From NCBI GenBank assembly GCA_034189505.1, contig JAXHUR010000005.1, forward strand, positions 456-64,455: a stretch of 64,000 bases of DNA. Reading direction: 5' to 3'. Shown one piece after another: positions 47,927-59,914 of this stretch. Positions within the stretch are counted from its first letter, which is position 1. The number at the start of each line of letters is the position of its first letter. The notes beneath the pieces were generated by a model, which saw nothing but the letters and a program-made list of their open reading frames with translations, did not search any database and was not told the origin of the DNA. A program made the translations under genes and the position numbers. The DNA is from Thermodesulfobacteriota bacterium. GTDB lineage: Bacteria > Desulfobacterota > Desulfuromonadia > Desulfuromonadales > Geoalkalibacteraceae.

Positions 47927-48982
47927 TCAGGTTATATCATTGGTCAGGCGGACCAAACCCTTGAGCCGTTCCAGAGCCCGGCCGCTATCCACGACTTCCG
48001 CCGCCATCTGCAGCCCCTGGGGGATGTCATCGACAATTTCGGCCGCGCACAGAGAGAAGGCGGCATTCAGGAGGATAATATCTCGGCGTGGTCCTTTGTC
48101 CCCCCTGAGGACGCTGCGTACAATTTCGGCATTGCATGCCGCATCCCCGCCGCGCAATTCGTCCAACTTGCAACGCCTGAGGCCGAAATCCTCCGGAGCA
48201 ACATCATACGCGTTAACCTTCCCCCCGTTGATTTCGGCAATGTAGGTGGGCCCTGTCAGCGTCACCTCATCCATCCCGTCGCTGCCGTGCACGACAAACC
48301 CGCGGCGACACCCCAGGCGCGAAAGGACCTGAGCCATGGGAGTGACCAGCGACGGCCGGTAGACGCCGAGCACCTGGCGGTTGGCGCCGGCCGGATTGGT
48401 CAAGGGGCCGAGAAGATTGAAAATGGTACGGATCCCGATCTCCTTGCGTGGCCCAATCGCGTATTTCATGGCGCCATGCAGCGCCGGAGCATACAGAAAG
48501 CCGATACCGAGTTCGTCGATGCAATTTTCGACCACCGACGGAGACACCTCAAGATTGACCCCCAGATGCTCAAGGACATCGGCACTTCCGCAGGCCGAAG
48601 ACACGCTGCGGTTGCCGTGCTTGGCCACCTTGACTCCACAGGCGGCGACAATGAATGCCACAGTGGTCGAGACATTGAAGGTCTTGGTGCCGCTGCCGCC
48701 GGTCCCGCAGGTGTCAAGAATCGTCTCGCGGTCGATGTTGATCTCATCGCGGTCAAGATCGAGCACCCCCCCGACGCGGATCGGCGTGGCATGGGCACGC
48801 ATGACTTTGGCGGCGCCGGTAATCTCCTCCACCGTCTCCCCCTTCATGCGCATGGCGGTGATAAAAGAGCCGATCTGAGCCGGGGTGGCTTCCCCTCCCA
48901 TAATCTGATCCATCACTTCCACCATTTGCGCCTCCGGCAGGTCGTTTCCTTCAACAACTTGCGCGATTGCCTGCTTTATCAT
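47927..48982 (-). CDS. trpD: Anthranilate phosphoribosyltransferase
   Basis: [17 protein letters not shown] and KHGNRS motifs. 351 aa. Confidence 0.93.
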   Translation of the reverse strand: MIKQAIAQVVEGNDLPEAQMVEVMDQIMGGEATPAQIGSFITAMRMKGETVEEITGAAKVMRAHATPIRVGGVLDLDRDEINIDRETILDTCGTGGSGTKTFNVSTTVAFIVAACGVKVAKHGNRSVSSACGSADVLEHLGVNLEVSPSVVENCIDELGIGFLYAPALHGAMKYAIGPRKEIGIRTIFNLLGPLTNPAGANRQVLGVYRPSLVTPMAQVLSRLGCRRGFVVHGSDGMDEVTLTGPTYIAEINGGKVNAYDVAPEDFGLRRCKLDELRGGDAACNAEIVRSVLRGDKGPRRDIILLNAAFSLCAAEIVDDIPQGLQMAAEVVDSGRALERLKGLVRLTNDIT

Positions 48983-49001
48983 GGCCGCTCCGTTTCTTTC
49001 T

Positions 49002-49568
49002 TCAGGTCATCTCCAGAAAGTTTTTCAACTGGCGCTTTCCCGTCAGGGTCAGGATCGATTCGGGGTGATATTGAATCCCCCACAGGGGCTGTTCGCGGTG
49101 GGTCAGCCCCATGATTTCATTTTCTTCCGTCCAGGCGCTGATTTCCAAACAGGCCGGCAGGGTTTCCCGCTCGACGATCAGAGAATGGTAGCGCGTGGCG
49201 GCAAAGGGGTTGTCGATTTCGGCAAACAATCCTTTTCCGTCATGAAAGACATCGCTGGTTTTGCCATGCATCAAGCGCTCGGCACGAATCACTCGTCCGC
49301 CCAGCGCCTGCCCGATACACTGGTGGCCGAGACAGACGCCAAGCGTGGGAATACGGCCGATAAACCTGCGGATCGCGGCAACGGAGATGCCTGCCTGATC
49401 CGGCGAACAAGGTCCTGGTGAGATGACAAGCCGCTTTGGAGCCTTTTTCTCAATCTCATCCAATGTGATTTTGTCATTGCGGTAAATCTCGACCTCTTCC
49501 CCCAGCTCACGGAAATACTGCACCAGGTTATAAGTGAAGGAATCGTAGTTATCAATCATCAGCAGCAT
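49002..49568 (-). CDS. trpG: Anthranilate synthase component II (glutamine amidotransferase)
   Basis: [19 protein letters not shown]-terminus and catalytic GVCLGHQ. ATG 49568 lies 1 nt from the trpE stop (49570-49572). The track ORF extends 109 codons further into trpE and is an over-extension. Confidence 0.92.
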   Translation of the reverse strand: MLLMIDNYDSFTYNLVQYFRELGEEVEIYRNDKITLDEIEKKAPKRLVISPGPCSPDQAGISVAAIRRFIGRIPTLGVCLGHQCIGQALGGRVIRAERLMHGKTSDVFHDGKGLFAEIDNPFAATRYHSLIVERETLPACLEISAWTEENEIMGLTHREQPLWGIQYHPESILTLTGKRQLKNFLEMT

Positions 49569-49569
49569 G

Positions 49570-51063
49570 TCAGTCGAGTCCTTGCCGGGCAATCTCAATG
49601 CTTCGAACAACGGCTCGCGCCTTGTTGACCGTTTCCTGAAACTCGGACTCTGGATCCGAGTCTGCAACGATCCCTGCCCCAGCCTGAAGGTTGATTCGGC
49701 CGTCCTGAACAACCAGGGTCCGGATTGCGATGGCCATATCCATATTTCCCGAAAAAGAAAAATAACCGACGGCTCCGCCATAGATCTCACGGCGGCAGGG
49801 CTCGAGCTCATCAATAATCTGCATGGCTCGGACCTTGGGCGCACCGCTGAGCGTTCCTGCAGGGAACGCGGCCCGGAACACATCGAAGGAATCAAGTTCG
49901 TCCTGCACCCGCCCTCTTACATTCGATACAATATGCATGACATGGCTGTAACGCTCGACCGTCTTGAACTCACTGACTTCCACAGAACCTGTCGCGCAGA
50001 CACGTCCGAGATCGTTGCGGGCCAGATCGACCAGCATGACGTGTTCGGCGCACTCCTTGGGATCCGCCAGGAGTTCATCGGCCAACCGCTCATCATCCTC
50101 GGCATTCCTGCCCCTGGGGCGTGTTCCGGCGATGGGGCGAACTTCGGCCAGATCGCCCTCCTTGCGCACGAGAACCTCGGGCGAGGCTCCAATAACAAGA
50201 GTGTCGTTGAATCGCAGGTAAAACATGTAGGGGGAGGGATTGACGGTACGCAGAGCACGATAGATATCAAAGGGGGCGACATCCAGGGACGCGGTGAATC
50301 GCTGGGAAAGAACCACCTGGATAATATCGCCGGCGCGCACATACTCTTTGCAGCGTTCTACGGCGTCAATAAATTGAACTTTGGAAAAGTTGGACTCAAG
50401 CTGCAGTGGAGATAGAAAAGGATCTCCGGCTGAATGCAGAGAATAGGCGGAACCCGCGTCCCGCAACCGGGCAACCATCGCGTCCACCCGGTCGAGTCCT
50501 TGCTGGTACAACTTTTTCAGATCGCTGCCCGAATCAAGGTGGACGTTGGCAACAACGAGAATTTTCTGTCTTTTATTGTCAAAAATATAAAGATCATCCG
50601 CCAGAAGAAAACAACTGTCATAGGCGTCAATCTCTCGTGGTTTGGAGGATGGCAGGCTCTCAATAAAACGAACCATGTCATAACCCAGGTATCCGACGGC
50701 GCCGCCGCTGAACCGAGGCAAACCTGCGACTTCAACCGGTTGGTAGATAGACATCCACTCCTTCAGACGCTGGAGGGGATCATCGCAATGTCCCTGTTCA
50801 AGCACCTGGTCGCCGGACAAGATCTCGTAAAAAGTATCTTTGGACCGATACAGGCGCCCCTCCCCGGCTGCGAGAAAAGAGTAGCGACCCCACTTTTCGC
50901 CCCCCTCGACACTTTCAAATAAAAAAGCGTTGCTGCAGCTACGGTTGATCTTATAGAAAGCAGAGACCGGCGTTTCCATATCGGCAAAAATTTCCCGAAA
51001 GACCGGGATCAGGTTGCCTCGCCGCGCAAGTCGGGTGAATTCTTCGACAGTGGGAAAAATCAT
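49570..51063 (-). CDS. trpE: Anthranilate synthase component I
   Basis: Chorismate-binding domain ([21 protein letters not shown]...GTLSGAPK...GGAVGY). ATG 51063 with AGGAG 6 nt upstream. Confidence 0.92.
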   Translation of the reverse strand: MIFPTVEEFTRLARRGNLIPVFREIFADMETPVSAFYKINRSCSNAFLFESVEGGEKWGRYSFLAAGEGRLYRSKDTFYEILSGDQVLEQGHCDDPLQRLKEWMSIYQPVEVAGLPRFSGGAVGYLGYDMVRFIESLPSSKPREIDAYDSCFLLADDLYIFDNKRQKILVVANVHLDSGSDLKKLYQQGLDRVDAMVARLRDAGSAYSLHSAGDPFLSPLQLESNFSKVQFIDAVERCKEYVRAGDIIQVVLSQRFTASLDVAPFDIYRALRTVNPSPYMFYLRFNDTLVIGASPEVLVRKEGDLAEVRPIAGTRPRGRNAEDDERLADELLADPKECAEHVMLVDLARNDLGRVCATGSVEVSEFKTVERYSHVMHIVSNVRGRVQDELDSFDVFRAAFPAGTLSGAPKVRAMQIIDELEPCRREIYGGAVGYFSFSGNMDMAIAIRTLVVQDGRINLQAGAGIVADSDPESEFQETVNKARAVVRSIEIARQGLD

Positions 51064-51088
51064 GTAAACTCCTGAGGATAATCGGAGC

Positions 51089-51118
51089 ACAATAGCATCT
51101 TCCGGTCGAACCGGTCAA
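51089..51118 (-). promoter_or_regulatory. Putative sigma70-type promoter of the trp operon
   Basis: Minus-strand TTGACC (51113-51118), 18 nt spacer, TATTGT (51089-51094). It lies between the rplQ terminator and trpE. This leaves a leader too short for an attenuator. Motif match only. Confidence 0.3.
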
Positions 51119-51170
51119 CAACGTCAAAACGTCCAAAGAGATACCGAACCGGCGTTTTGGGCCACAGACT

Positions 51171-51203
51171 AAAAAAGGCAAGGGGGAAGCCCTTGCCTTT
51201 TTT
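51171..51203 (-). terminator. Rho-independent terminator after rplQ (end of the alpha operon)
   Basis: 8-bp GC stem GGCAAGGG / CCCTTGCC (51177-51184 / 51190-51197) flanked by A6 and T6. The T tract is present in both orientations. Confidence 0.8.
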
Positions 51204-51223
51204 AGTGTATATACCTGATGTCT

Positions 51224-51691
51224 CTAAGCTTCTTTGGCTTGCTCGTCGGTGCCTTGAGGTGTGCCTTCGGATTTTTCCGCCAAGGAAGAACCCGAAGAAC
51301 CCTCATCTCCGGTTCCGGTCGGCTTTGCGGAATACTCCTCTTCGACCAGTTCGATGATAGACAACGAAGCATTGTCACCGGGGCGAGAGCCGAGCTTGAT
51401 GATGCGGGTGTAGCCGCCGGGACGCTCCTGGTAACGAGTCGCAAGCCGATCGAAGAGCTTGGCAACGACTTTTCTGTCCTGCACAACCTGCAGTGCCTGG
51501 CGACGGGCATGCAGATCACCGCGCTTGGCAAGTGTGATCATGCGATCGGCAAGCTTGCGCAGTTCCTTGGCACGGGCATCGGTTGTCGTGATCCGATCGT
51601 GCTCAAGCAGAGAAGTCACCATGTTGCGCATCATTGCGCGACGATGGCTGGAGTTACGACCGAGCCTTTTTCCTGCCTTGTTGTGACGCAT
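51224..51691 (-). CDS. rplQ: 50S ribosomal protein L17 (with ~35-aa acidic C-terminal tail)
   Basis: [25 protein letters not shown]-terminus. The tail [39 protein letters not shown] extends beyond the usual ~120-aa core. Confidence 0.93.
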   Translation of the reverse strand: MRHNKAGKRLGRNSSHRRAMMRNMVTSLLEHDRITTTDARAKELRKLADRMITLAKRGDLHARRQALQVVQDRKVVAKLFDRLATRYQERPGGYTRIIKLGSRPGDNASLSIIELVEEEYSAKPTGTGDEGSSGSSLAEKSEGTPQGTDEQAKEA

Positions 51692-51724
51692 TGCTATTTC
51701 CTCACTTTCTTACTTTCGGTTCGA

Positions 51725-52741
51725 TCAATCTTCCTCGTCACCCTTCTGAATCATGCGCAGATATTCAGGGTCCGGGAAGTTCTCCAGCTTCATTCCAAGA
51801 GACAGTCCCATCTCAGCCAGGATGTCCTTAATTTCATTGAGCGACTTGCGTCCAAAGTTCTGAGTTTTGAGCATTTCTGCCTCAGACTTCTGAACGAGAT
51901 CGCCGATCAGCTGGATATTGGCATTTTTGAGACAATTAGCAGCGCGCACGGAGAGTTCAAGTTCATCCACACTGCGATACAGATTTTCGTTGATCTTCTT
52001 GCCTTCCTCTTCATTTTCCTCTTCCGGAGGCTCAATGCCTTCGTCAAAGTTGATGAAGAGCTGCAGGTGTTCCTTGAGAATCTTTGCGGCAAAAGCCACA
52101 GCGTCATCGGGGCGAACACTGCCGTCGGTCTGCACTTCCAGTACAAGCTTGTCGTAGTCGGTAATCTGACCAACACGGGCATTGCTGACGGTGAAGTTGA
52201 CCTTCTTGATCGGAGAGAACAGAGCATCGGTCGCAATGGTTCCAACCGGGGCTTTTTCGTCCCGGTTGCGCTCGGCAGGCACATATCCCTTGCCAAGCTT
52301 GACCGTCATGTCCATCTCTACATCTGCATCATCCCCGCATGTGGCAATGTGGTGCTCGGGATTCATGATCTCGACATTGGAGTCGGTAATGATATCCCCT
52401 GCCTTAATGATTCCCGCGCCCTTTTTGACAATGCGGATGCTGCGATCCTCGTGTCCATGAAGACGCAGCCTGACCCCTTTGAGATTCAGAATGATATCGG
52501 ATGCATCCTCAGTCACGCCGGGAACAGAAGAAAATTCATGTAAAACACCCTTGATACGCACTGACGTAATCGCTGCTCCCTGCAGCGAAGAAAGCAGGAT
52601 GCGTCGCAGAGAGTTCCCCATGGTCGTGGCGAATCCCCGCTCAAAGGGTTCAGCAGTAAATTTTCCGTAGGTGTCGCTGAGGGTATCCGTGTCAACCTGG
52701 AGACGCTTAGGCTTAATCAGGTCTCTCCAGTTTTTATACAT
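51725..52741 (-). CDS. rpoA: DNA-directed RNA polymerase alpha subunit
   Basis: 338 aa with NTD and CTD ([15 protein letters not shown]...GDL). Canonical position after rpsD. Confidence 0.95.
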   Translation of the reverse strand: MYKNWRDLIKPKRLQVDTDTLSDTYGKFTAEPFERGFATTMGNSLRRILLSSLQGAAITSVRIKGVLHEFSSVPGVTEDASDIILNLKGVRLRLHGHEDRSIRIVKKGAGIIKAGDIITDSNVEIMNPEHHIATCGDDADVEMDMTVKLGKGYVPAERNRDEKAPVGTIATDALFSPIKKVNFTVSNARVGQITDYDKLVLEVQTDGSVRPDDAVAFAAKILKEHLQLFINFDEGIEPPEEENEEEGKKINENLYRSVDELELSVRAANCLKNANIQLIGDLVQKSEAEMLKTQNFGRKSLNEIKDILAEMGLSLGMKLENFPDPEYLRMIQKGDEED

Positions 52742-52784
52742 ACTTGATCCTCCCTTGCGATTTCGCTGCCAGAAAAGGCAACGA

Positions 52785-53414
52785 TTACTTGGAGTAGAGC
52801 TCGACGACCAGCTTCTCTTGGAAAGCGGGGGTCGTCAGCTCTTCACGTACCGGCAAGGACTTCAGGCTGCCCTTGAAGGCAGGCCGGTCGAGTTCAAGCC
52901 AGGAAGGAACGCCGCGACGCATGACACCGTCAAGAGCTTCATTGACACGGGTGACTTCGCGACTTTTCTCTCGCAGTTCAATCACGTCACCGGGACGAAC
53001 CAGGAAAGAAGGAATGTTGACCTTGCGGCCATTGACCTTGAAGTGATTGTGTCGAACAAGCTGGCGAGCTTCATTACGAGAAGTTGCAAAGCCTAAACGA
53101 TAAACAATACTGTCAAGACGCCGTTCAAGGAGGATCAACAGGTTTTCACCGGTTACGCCCTTCATGCGGTCTGCACGCTTGAAATAGGCACGGAACTGCC
53201 CCTCAAGAAGACCGTAAGTACGCTTCATTTTCTGTTTTTCACGCAACTGGGTACCGTAATCCGAGACCTTGATCCGCCCCTGCCCATGCTGTCCGGGTGC
53301 GTAGTTGCGGCGCTCAATAGCGCATTTATCTGTATGACACCTGTCCCCTTTAAGAAACAGCTTAGTCGTTTCACGACGGCAAAAACGGCAAACTGAACCG
53401 GTATATCTAGCCAA
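52785..53414 (-). CDS. rpsD: 30S ribosomal protein S4
   Basis: [15 protein letters not shown]...CHTDKCAIE (Cys4 form) plus an S4 RNA-binding domain. Confidence 0.95.
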   Translation of the reverse strand: MARYTGSVCRFCRRETTKLFLKGDRCHTDKCAIERRNYAPGQHGQGRIKVSDYGTQLREKQKMKRTYGLLEGQFRAYFKRADRMKGVTGENLLILLERRLDSIVYRLGFATSRNEARQLVRHNHFKVNGRKVNIPSFLVRPGDVIELREKSREVTRVNEALDGVMRRGVPSWLELDRPAFKGSLKSLPVREELTTPAFQEKLVVELYSK

Positions 53415-53434
53415 GGTTCTTCCTCCTTCTCGGA

Positions 53435-53830
53435 TTAAACTCTTCTACGTTTGGGCGGCCGACAGCCGTTGTGGGGAATAGGCGTGACGTCCTTGATCAT
53501 GGAGACGGAAAAACCGGCGGCCTGCAGGGCGCGCACAGCAGACTCACGACCGGAGCCGGGCCCCTTGACAAACACTTCAATTGAGCGCATGCCATGCTCC
53601 TGGGCTTTCTTCGCTGCAGTTTCCGCAGCGATTTGAGCAGCAAAGGGTGTGCTCTTGCGAGACCCCTTGAACCCCATCCCCCCGGCAGTTGCCCATGAGA
53701 CAACGTTACCGGCAATGTCGGTAATCGTAATAATGGTATTGTTGAAGGTGGCCTGGATATGAGCGACACCTTTGGCAATATTCTTTTTTTCCTGCTTTTT
53801 TCTTCCCGTTTTTTTTCCAGGCTTAGCCAT
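53435..53830 (-). CDS. rpsK: 30S ribosomal protein S11
   Basis: [18 protein letters not shown]...[13 protein letters not shown]. Confidence 0.95.
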   Translation of the reverse strand: MAKPGKKTGRKKQEKKNIAKGVAHIQATFNNTIITITDIAGNVVSWATAGGMGFKGSRKSTPFAAQIAAETAAKKAQEHGMRSIEVFVKGPGSGRESAVRALQAAGFSVSMIKDVTPIPHNGCRPPKRRRV

Positions 53831-53841
53831 GGTTCCTCCAA

Positions 53842-54210
53842 TTATTTCTTCTTACCGGCAACCGTCTTCCGCGGGCCCTTCCGGGTGCGTGCGTTGGTTT
53901 TGGTTTTCTGGCCCCGCACGGGCAAGCCGCGCCGATGACGAAGTCCTCGATAGCAGCCGAGGTCCATCAGGCGCTTTATGTTCATGGTCACCTCACGCCG
54001 CAAATCACCTTCAACCTTGTAATCACGGTCTATGATTTCACGGATTTTCGCCACTTCAGTTTCAGCCAGATCATCCGAGCGGGTGTCGGTGGAGATCCCG
54101 GCCTCAGCCAGAATCTCTCTGGCTTTGGAGCGACCAATCCCGTAAATATAGGTCAGAGCGACCTCAATCCGTTTGTTTCTGGGCAAATCGATACCAGCAA
54201 TACGTGCCAA
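53842..54210 (-). CDS. rpsM: 30S ribosomal protein S13
   Basis: [14 protein letters not shown]...[18 protein letters not shown] start with AGGAGG 8 nt upstream. Confidence 0.95.
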   Translation of the reverse strand: MARIAGIDLPRNKRIEVALTYIYGIGRSKAREILAEAGISTDTRSDDLAETEVAKIREIIDRDYKVEGDLRREVTMNIKRLMDLGCYRGLRHRRGLPVRGQKTKTNARTRKGPRKTVAGKKK

Positions 54211-54231
54211 TGTCCGACCCTCCTAATCCTG

Positions 54232-54345
54232 TTAACCTTGTCTTTGTTTATGCTTGGGGTTGTCACAGATGATGCGAATGACACCCTTGCGCCGGATCAC
54301 CTTGCACTTGTCGCAGATGCACTTCACCGAAGCTCGAACTTTCAT
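54232..54345 (-). CDS. rpmJ: 50S ribosomal protein L36 (zinc-binding C+ form; below the ORF-track cutoff)
   Basis: My translation: [37 protein letters not shown]. Confidence 0.93.
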   Translation of the reverse strand: MKVRASVKCICDKCKVIRRKGVIRIICDNPKHKQRQG

Positions 54346-54408
54346 CTTTAGCGTCCTTACCGAATGAGGGTTTACCCTGAACAGCCAAACCGGCTGTTGA
54401 GCAAATAA

Positions 54409-55155
54409 CTACAGAGCAGTTAAAATTTCGGGACCATGTGGGGTGATGGCCACTGTATGTTCAAAATGCGCAGATGGTTCACCATCCACAGTCACCGCAG
54501 TCCAGCCATCGGGTTCGAGACTCACAGCCGCCGCGCCCGCATTGATCATCGGCTCGATGGCCAGAACCATTCCTTCCTTAAGTCGCGGACCGTGACCGGG
54601 AGGGCCAAAGTTGGGCAACTGCGGCTCTTCATGTAATTGGCGGCCGATTCCGTGGCCGACAAACTCTCGAACCACACTGAACCCGGCAGGTTCGACATGC
54701 AATTGAACGGCATGCGACAGATCGGACAAACGCATACCGGCAACGGCCAGATCAATGGCGTGCATGAGAGCAGACTCGGTCACCGCCAAAAGTTTCTGCT
54801 TTTTATCCTCAATTCGTCCCACAGCGAAAGTCACGGCGGAATCGCCGTAAAATCCGTCAGCGACCACGCCGAAATCAATGCTCAGAATATCGCCTTCCTG
54901 CAGTGGAATCGAATCAGGAAAACCGTGAACAACCTTATCGTTGGGCGAAGCGCAAATAGTAAAAGGAAAACCGCCATACCCCTTGAAGGCAGGGCGGACT
55001 TTCCTTTTTGCACATTCGGCCTCAGCTAAACGATCAAGTTCGAGAGTCGTAATCCCAGGCTCGATCTTTTCCCTGATTTTCTCCAGCACCTCAGCCACGA
55101 TACGACCGGCCGTGCGCATGCGGTCGATCTCGTCGGGCGATTTGAGGACGATCAC
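54409..55155 (-). CDS. map: Type I methionine aminopeptidase
   Basis: The metal ligands and family pattern are present (FKGYGGFP...CASPN..V.HG.P...D..SID...H.VG...HE.P). GTG 55155 (GGAG 9 nt upstream, 1 nt after the adk stop) gives the typical (M)IVLKSPDEIDRMR N-terminus. The track start is 55176. Confidence 0.9.
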   Translation of the reverse strand: MIVLKSPDEIDRMRTAGRIVAEVLEKIREKIEPGITTLELDRLAEAECAKRKVRPAFKGYGGFPFTICASPNDKVVHGFPDSIPLQEGDILSIDFGVVADGFYGDSAVTFAVGRIEDKKQKLLAVTESALMHAIDLAVAGMRLSDLSHAVQLHVEPAGFSVVREFVGHGIGRQLHEEPQLPNFGPPGHGPRLKEGMVLAIEPMINAGAAAVSLEPDGWTAVTVDGEPSAHFEHTVAITPHGPEILTAL

Positions 55156-55156
55156 T

Positions 55157-55804
55157 TTACCGTGCTCCGAGAACACTCAGAATTTGGCGACCAACCTCAT
55201 CAATTCCAGCCATCCCGTCGACCTCTGCCAGCAACCCATCACGGAGGTAGTAATCAACCAGAGGCGCAGTCTGCTCCCGGTATACCTCAAGGCGCTTACG
55301 GATGGTTTCCTCCCGATCGTCATCGCGCTGCACCAGGTTACCGCCGCAGGCGTCACAGACCCCTTCCTTCGAAGGAGGATCGAAGTCCACATGATAGCCT
55401 TTGCCGCAGGAGGAACAGGTGCGACGTCCTGTCAACCTGGCGACCAGAGCCTCAGTGTCGACCTCAAGCGAAATAACAGCGTCAAGCTCAAGGGAGAGTT
55501 CGCTCAGCGTATCCTTCAGAGCATCAGCCTGGGGAACCGTGCGCGGGAAACCGTCGAGGATAAAACCGTTGGCACAATCCGCCTGCTGGAGCCGTTCGCG
55601 GACAATCCCGACGACAACATCATCTGGGACCAGGGCTCCGGCATCCATGTACTCTCTAGCCTTGACCCCCATCGGAGTCGCATTTTTGACCGCGGAACGC
55701 AGAATATCCCCGGTGGAAATCTGGGGGATGGAGAACTTTTCCATCAGCATCTGCGCCTGTGTTCCCTTGCCTGCCCCGGGAGGCCCAAGCAGAATCAACT
55801 TCAT
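55157..55804 (-). CDS. adk: Adenylate kinase (zinc-lid form)
   Basis: MKLILLGPPGAGKGTQ. The lid has CSSCGKGYH...CDACGG. Confidence 0.95.
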   Translation of the reverse strand: MKLILLGPPGAGKGTQAQMLMEKFSIPQISTGDILRSAVKNATPMGVKAREYMDAGALVPDDVVVGIVRERLQQADCANGFILDGFPRTVPQADALKDTLSELSLELDAVISLEVDTEALVARLTGRRTCSSCGKGYHVDFDPPSKEGVCDACGGNLVQRDDDREETIRKRLEVYREQTAPLVDYYLRDGLLAEVDGMAGIDEVGRQILSVLGAR

Positions 55805-55820
55805 ACAGCGATATCTCCTT

Positions 55821-57131
55821 CTAGCCGCGCCGGCCCTTAAGAGTTACGCCACGCATAAACCCTTCATAGGAACGACTGACAAGATGAGCTTCAATCTGTG
55901 CAGCGGTATCAAGACCCACACCGACGACAATCAACAAGGAAGTTCCACCGAAGAAGAACGGAACATTGAACTGCCCGATAAGAATTGTCGGAAGCACGCA
56001 GACAGCGGAAACGTAGAGAGCGCCAGCGAAAGTAAGGCGGGTCAGCACGGTATCGAGATACTCCGCTGTTTCCTTGCCCGGTCTGATACCAGGAATGTAG
56101 CCACCCTGTTTTTTTACGTTATCGGCCACATCGACGGGGTTGAAGGTAACAGCCGTGTAGAAATAACAGAAGAAAATGATAAAAGCAACATAAAAAACGT
56201 TATAGATAATGTGATCCGGCGTCATGTAGGACGCAACTTTCTGCACCCAGGGAACATCCACCAGGTTGGCGACCGTCGCAGGGAACATAATAATGGAACT
56301 GGCAAAAATCGGAGGAATGACGCCGCTCATATTGACTTTGAGTGGAAGATGGCTGCTCTGCCCGCCCTGGTTGCGCATGCCGACCACACGCCGGGCATAG
56401 TGAATGGGAACTCTCCTCTGCCCCCGCTCCATAAAAATGATCGCCCAGACAACCGCTACCATCAGTGCGCCAATGGCAATGAGGCCGAAAGGCGAGAGAG
56501 CGCCGGTGCGGGTCAATCTCATGGTATTAACAATGGCGGAAGGGATAGCCGCCACAATACCGGCAAAAATGATAAGTGAAATGCCGTTGCCGATCCCGCG
56601 CTCGGTAATCTGCTCCCCGAGCCACATGATAAAAGCCGTACCAGCAGTCAGGGTGATGATGGTCAGCAGAATAAATCCAATACCGGGATTGGGAACCACC
56701 ATTTCGCCGGCAGGTCCTTGCATGGTCTGAAGGCCAACGGCGATGCCGGCCCCCTGAATGATCGACAGCACGATGGTGCCATACCGCGTATACTGGGTAA
56801 TCTTCTTTTTCCCAGCCTCGCCCTCCTTGGAAAGCTTCTCTATGGGTTCAAAAACTACCGTAAGAAGCTGAAGGATAATAGAGGCACTGATATAAGGCAT
56901 GATTCCAAGGGCAAAAACCGTCATACGCTCCAGGGCGCCACCGGTAAAAGCACTGACCAGCCCGAGAAGTGTCCCCTCGGTTCCCTGGAAAAAACCGGCC
57001 AAAACCTGGCTGTCGACGCCGGGAGTCGGGATATGACACCCGATACGGTATACCACCAACATGCCAAGCGTAAAAAGTATGCGCCGGCGAAGTTCGGGGA
57101 TGCTGAATATATTTCTCAGGCTCGAGATCAA
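55821..57131 (-). CDS. secY: Preprotein translocase subunit SecY
   Basis: 436 aa, 10-TM SecY pattern. Canonical position after rplO. Confidence 0.95.
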   Translation of the reverse strand: MISSLRNIFSIPELRRRILFTLGMLVVYRIGCHIPTPGVDSQVLAGFFQGTEGTLLGLVSAFTGGALERMTVFALGIMPYISASIILQLLTVVFEPIEKLSKEGEAGKKKITQYTRYGTIVLSIIQGAGIAVGLQTMQGPAGEMVVPNPGIGFILLTIITLTAGTAFIMWLGEQITERGIGNGISLIIFAGIVAAIPSAIVNTMRLTRTGALSPFGLIAIGALMVAVVWAIIFMERGQRRVPIHYARRVVGMRNQGGQSSHLPLKVNMSGVIPPIFASSIIMFPATVANLVDVPWVQKVASYMTPDHIIYNVFYVAFIIFFCYFYTAVTFNPVDVADNVKKQGGYIPGIRPGKETAEYLDTVLTRLTFAGALYVSAVCVLPTILIGQFNVPFFFGGTSLLIVVGVGLDTAAQIEAHLVSRSYEGFMRGVTLKGRRG

Positions 57132-57132
57132 T

Positions 57133-57573
57133 TTAAATCACCTCGGCTTGGCCGCCGGCCGCAACAATTTTGTCCTGGGCCGACTTGCTGAATTTATGTG
57201 CCTTGACAGTCAAGGATTTAGTCAGCTCTCCGTCACCAAGGATCTTGACTCCATCAGCCACTTCCTTGATCATGCCGGCAGCAATGAGGGCCTCGACATC
57301 AACGGTACTCCCGGATTCGAAATTCTCCAACTGCCGTAGATTCACAAGTGAATACACTTTCTTGGTCAGCGGAGTGAATCCGCGCTTGGGAAGGCGCCGC
57401 TGCAAAGGCATCTGGCCACCCTCGAACCCGGCCTTGACACCACCGCCGGAACGCGCGTTCTGCCCCTTGTGTCCCTTGCCGGAAGTTTTACCGAGTCCTG
57501 AACCGGGACCACGCCCGATTCTCTTGCGATCTTTTCTGGAGCCCGCAGCGGGCCGCAATTCACTCAAATTCAT
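57133..57573 (-). CDS. rplO: 50S ribosomal protein L15
   Basis: [19 protein letters not shown] motif. Confidence 0.95.
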   Translation of the reverse strand: MNLSELRPAAGSRKDRKRIGRGPGSGLGKTSGKGHKGQNARSGGGVKAGFEGGQMPLQRRLPKRGFTPLTKKVYSLVNLRQLENFESGSTVDVEALIAAGMIKEVADGVKILGDGELTKSLTVKAHKFSKSAQDKIVAAGGQAEVI

Positions 57574-57596
57574 ATCTGGTCCCTTATTGATACCTG

Positions 57597-57779
57597 CTAT
57601 TCCTCGACCACAACCATGTGGGAGATTTTACTGATCATGCCACGGATCTCAGGACAATCCCGGCGCGTAACCGTCTGGTTAAGACGACGCAAGCCAAGTC
57701 CGCACAGAACCTTACCGAAATACTTATTGCGCCCGATGGCGCTTTTCTTCAACGTGATTCTCAGTTGACCACCCATCAC
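57597..57779 (-). CDS. rpmD: 50S ribosomal protein L30
   Basis: [12 protein letters not shown]...[10 protein letters not shown]. The exact start among the first Met codons is uncertain. Confidence 0.9.
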   Translation of the reverse strand: MMGGQLRITLKKSAIGRNKYFGKVLCGLGLRRLNQTVTRRDCPEIRGMISKISHMVVVEE

Positions 57780-57796
57780 AGACTCTCCTTTTGCTC

Positions 57797-58294
57797 TCAG
57801 GCGTTTTCCTGCGCACCAACGCCGCGACGGGCCAGAATAGTTTCAGCGCTTTTGAGCTGAGTCAGCGCATTGATTGTGGCCTTGACAACATTGTGCGGGT
57901 TATTGGAACCGAGGCACTTCGACAGCACGTTCTCAACACCGGCAGCCTCAAGAATGGCACGAGCTGCACCACCGGCAATCACACCGGTACCGGCAGAAGC
58001 AGGCTTGAGCAGCACTTTGCCAGCGCCAAACTTACCAAGAACATCGAAAGGGATAGTGCCTTCAACCAGTGGCACCCTCACCATATCCTTTTTAGCTTTC
58101 TCGACACCTTTGCGAATAGCTTCAGGGACTTCCTTAGCTTTCCCAAGGCCGACGCCAACACCGCCCTGGCCGTCTCCAACCACAACAAGGGCCGAAAAAC
58201 TGAAACGGCGGCCGCCCTTAACGACTTTGGCATTACGGTTAATATGAATCACGCGATCGGTAAGATTCGATTCATTCAGATCATTGCGCTGCAA
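57797..58294 (-). CDS. rpsE: 30S ribosomal protein S5
   Basis: [27 protein letters not shown]. Confidence 0.95.
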   Translation of the reverse strand: MQRNDLNESNLTDRVIHINRNAKVVKGGRRFSFSALVVVGDGQGGVGVGLGKAKEVPEAIRKGVEKAKKDMVRVPLVEGTIPFDVLGKFGAGKVLLKPASAGTGVIAGGAARAILEAAGVENVLSKCLGSNNPHNVVKATINALTQLKSAETILARRGVGAQENA

Positions 58295-58309
58295 GGGTGA
58301 TCTCCTTTT

Positions 58310-58678
58310 TTAGAAAAGCAGACCGGCTTCACGAGCACCATCGGCCAACGCTTTGACGCGCCCATGATACAAAAAACCGTTTCTGTCAAAAACAACTTCT
58401 TTGATATCCTTCTCAAGAGCTTTATGCGCGATGGATTTACCGACGGCATTGGCCGCCTCCGCATTCCCGCGGGATTTCAAACCCTCGCCCACCTCCTGAT
58501 TCAGCGTGGACACAGCTGCCAGGGTCGTCCCGGTGGTATCATCGATAATCTGGGCATATATATGCTTGGCGCTGCGAAAAACACAGAGTCGCGGACGAGC
58601 AGCGGCCCCCAGGACTTTGCGGCGAACCCTGGCTTTACGTTTGAGCCGCGCGTTTCTTCTTTGCTGTGCGAAACTCAC
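58310..58678 (-). CDS. rplR: 50S ribosomal protein L18
   Basis: [20 protein letters not shown]...[26 protein letters not shown]. Confidence 0.95.
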   Translation of the reverse strand: MSFAQQRRNARLKRKARVRRKVLGAAARPRLCVFRSAKHIYAQIIDDTTGTTLAAVSTLNQEVGEGLKSRGNAEAANAVGKSIAHKALEKDIKEVVFDRNGFLYHGRVKALADGAREAGLLF

Positions 58679-58728
58679 AACCTGTCTCCTTATGCTGAAA
58701 AAGTCTTCTGAATTGCGTATCTATTTAT

Positions 58729-59265
58729 TTACTTGCCGGTCTTGCCGGCCTTACGAATAATCCGTTCGTCAGCATACTTGATTCCCTTGCCCTTGTAAGG
58801 CTCAGGCGCACGAAAAGAACGGATTTTCGCAGCCGTCGCACCGACCAGCTCCTTGTCGATGCCGCGCACGGTAATCTTGGTTTGCTTCTCAACCTCAGCA
58901 CTGATTCCCTGCGGCAACTTGTATTCAATGGGGTGCGAGTATCCGAGAGCAAGATTCAAAACGTCGCCCTTAAGATCCGCACGGTAGCCAACGCCGTTGA
59001 TTTCAAGAATTTTCTCAAAACCGTTGGTAACCCCTTCAACCATGTTAGCCACAAGCGTCCGTGTCAATCCCTGAACGGAACGATCTTTTGCGTCAGGGCT
59101 GAGGGGAGTGACAACAACCGCGTCGTTCTCCATAACGATGTTTACTTTTTCCGGCAGATCGCGCTGAAGCTTGCCTTTGGGACCTTCAACCCTGATGTTG
59201 GTCCCCTGAAGAGCAATCTTGACGCCGCCAGGAATCTGGACAGGCAGTTTCCCAATCCGTGACAT
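58729..59265 (-). CDS. rplF: 50S ribosomal protein L6
   Basis: [15 protein letters not shown]...[11 protein letters not shown]. Confidence 0.95.
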   Translation of the reverse strand: MSRIGKLPVQIPGGVKIALQGTNIRVEGPKGKLQRDLPEKVNIVMENDAVVVTPLSPDAKDRSVQGLTRTLVANMVEGVTNGFEKILEINGVGYRADLKGDVLNLALGYSHPIEYKLPQGISAEVEKQTKITVRGIDKELVGATAAKIRSFRAPEPYKGKGIKYADERIIRKAGKTGK

Positions 59266-59286
59266 GACAATTAACTCCTTTTCCCT

Positions 59287-59685
59287 CTACCAGATGGTGC
59301 AGATGACTTCGCCGCCGATTTTTTCTTCACGGGCGGCGACATCATTAAGCACACCACGCGATGTTGAAAGAATCGCGGCGCCAAGACCGTTTTTCACCTG
59401 AGGGATGTCATCGCTTCCTACATAGACGCGGCGTCCAGGCGTGGAAACACGTTTAATTTCATGAATGACATGGGTGCTGTCCTCGTCATAACGTAAGTAA
59501 ATGCGCAGGACACCCTGCTTGTCATCGCTGATAACTTTAAAGTTTTTGATATAGCCAAGCTCTTTCAGGGCAGTGGCGATGGCCACCTTGACGTTGGACG
59601 ACGGCACGTCGACCCTGGCGTGCTTGGCGGTACCCGCATTACGAATGCGGGTGAGAAGATCTGCAATGGGATCAGTCATAGACAT
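59287..59685 (-). CDS. rpsH: 30S ribosomal protein S8
   Basis: [15 protein letters not shown]...GGEVICTIW. Confidence 0.95.
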   Translation of the reverse strand: MSMTDPIADLLTRIRNAGTAKHARVDVPSSNVKVAIATALKELGYIKNFKVISDDKQGVLRIYLRYDEDSTHVIHEIKRVSTPGRRVYVGSDDIPQVKNGLGAAILSTSRGVLNDVAAREEKIGGEVICTIW

Positions 59686-59705
59686 GGGACAACTCCTAGA
59701 ACCCT

Positions 59706-59891
59706 CTACCAGCTGGACTTGACAACGCCGGGAATTTTACCTTCGGATGCCAGCTTGCGCAGGCAGATACGACACATTTTAAACTTACGATAGTAGGCAC
59801 GGGGCCGCCCGCAAAGAGGACAGCGGTTGTATTCACGCACCTTGAATTTTTTAGGCCTGGTGGCCTTGATCATCATCGATTTTTTTGCCAC
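59706..59891 (-). CDS. rpsN: 30S ribosomal protein S14, type Z (zinc-binding, 61 aa)
   Basis: CPLCGRP...CRICLR Cys4 motif. Short 61-aa form. Confidence 0.95.
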   Translation of the reverse strand: MAKKSMMIKATRPKKFKVREYNRCPLCGRPRAYYRKFKMCRICLRKLASEGKIPGVVKSSW

Positions 59892-59914
59892 AACGTCCTC
59901 CGGTCGCTGAAAAA

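Noticed and set aside
49569-49895. A 109-codon N-terminal extension of trpG in the ORF track, overlapping trpE. Similar track over-extensions affect ftsH (32205-32429), argS, cimA, mlaD, the SPOR protein, the Nudix gene, DUF4212 and rplX.
   Set aside because: The family N-termini (for example [15 protein letters not shown] for TrpG) and SD positions indicate the internal starts. The extensions overlap upstream genes out of frame and have non-protein-like composition.
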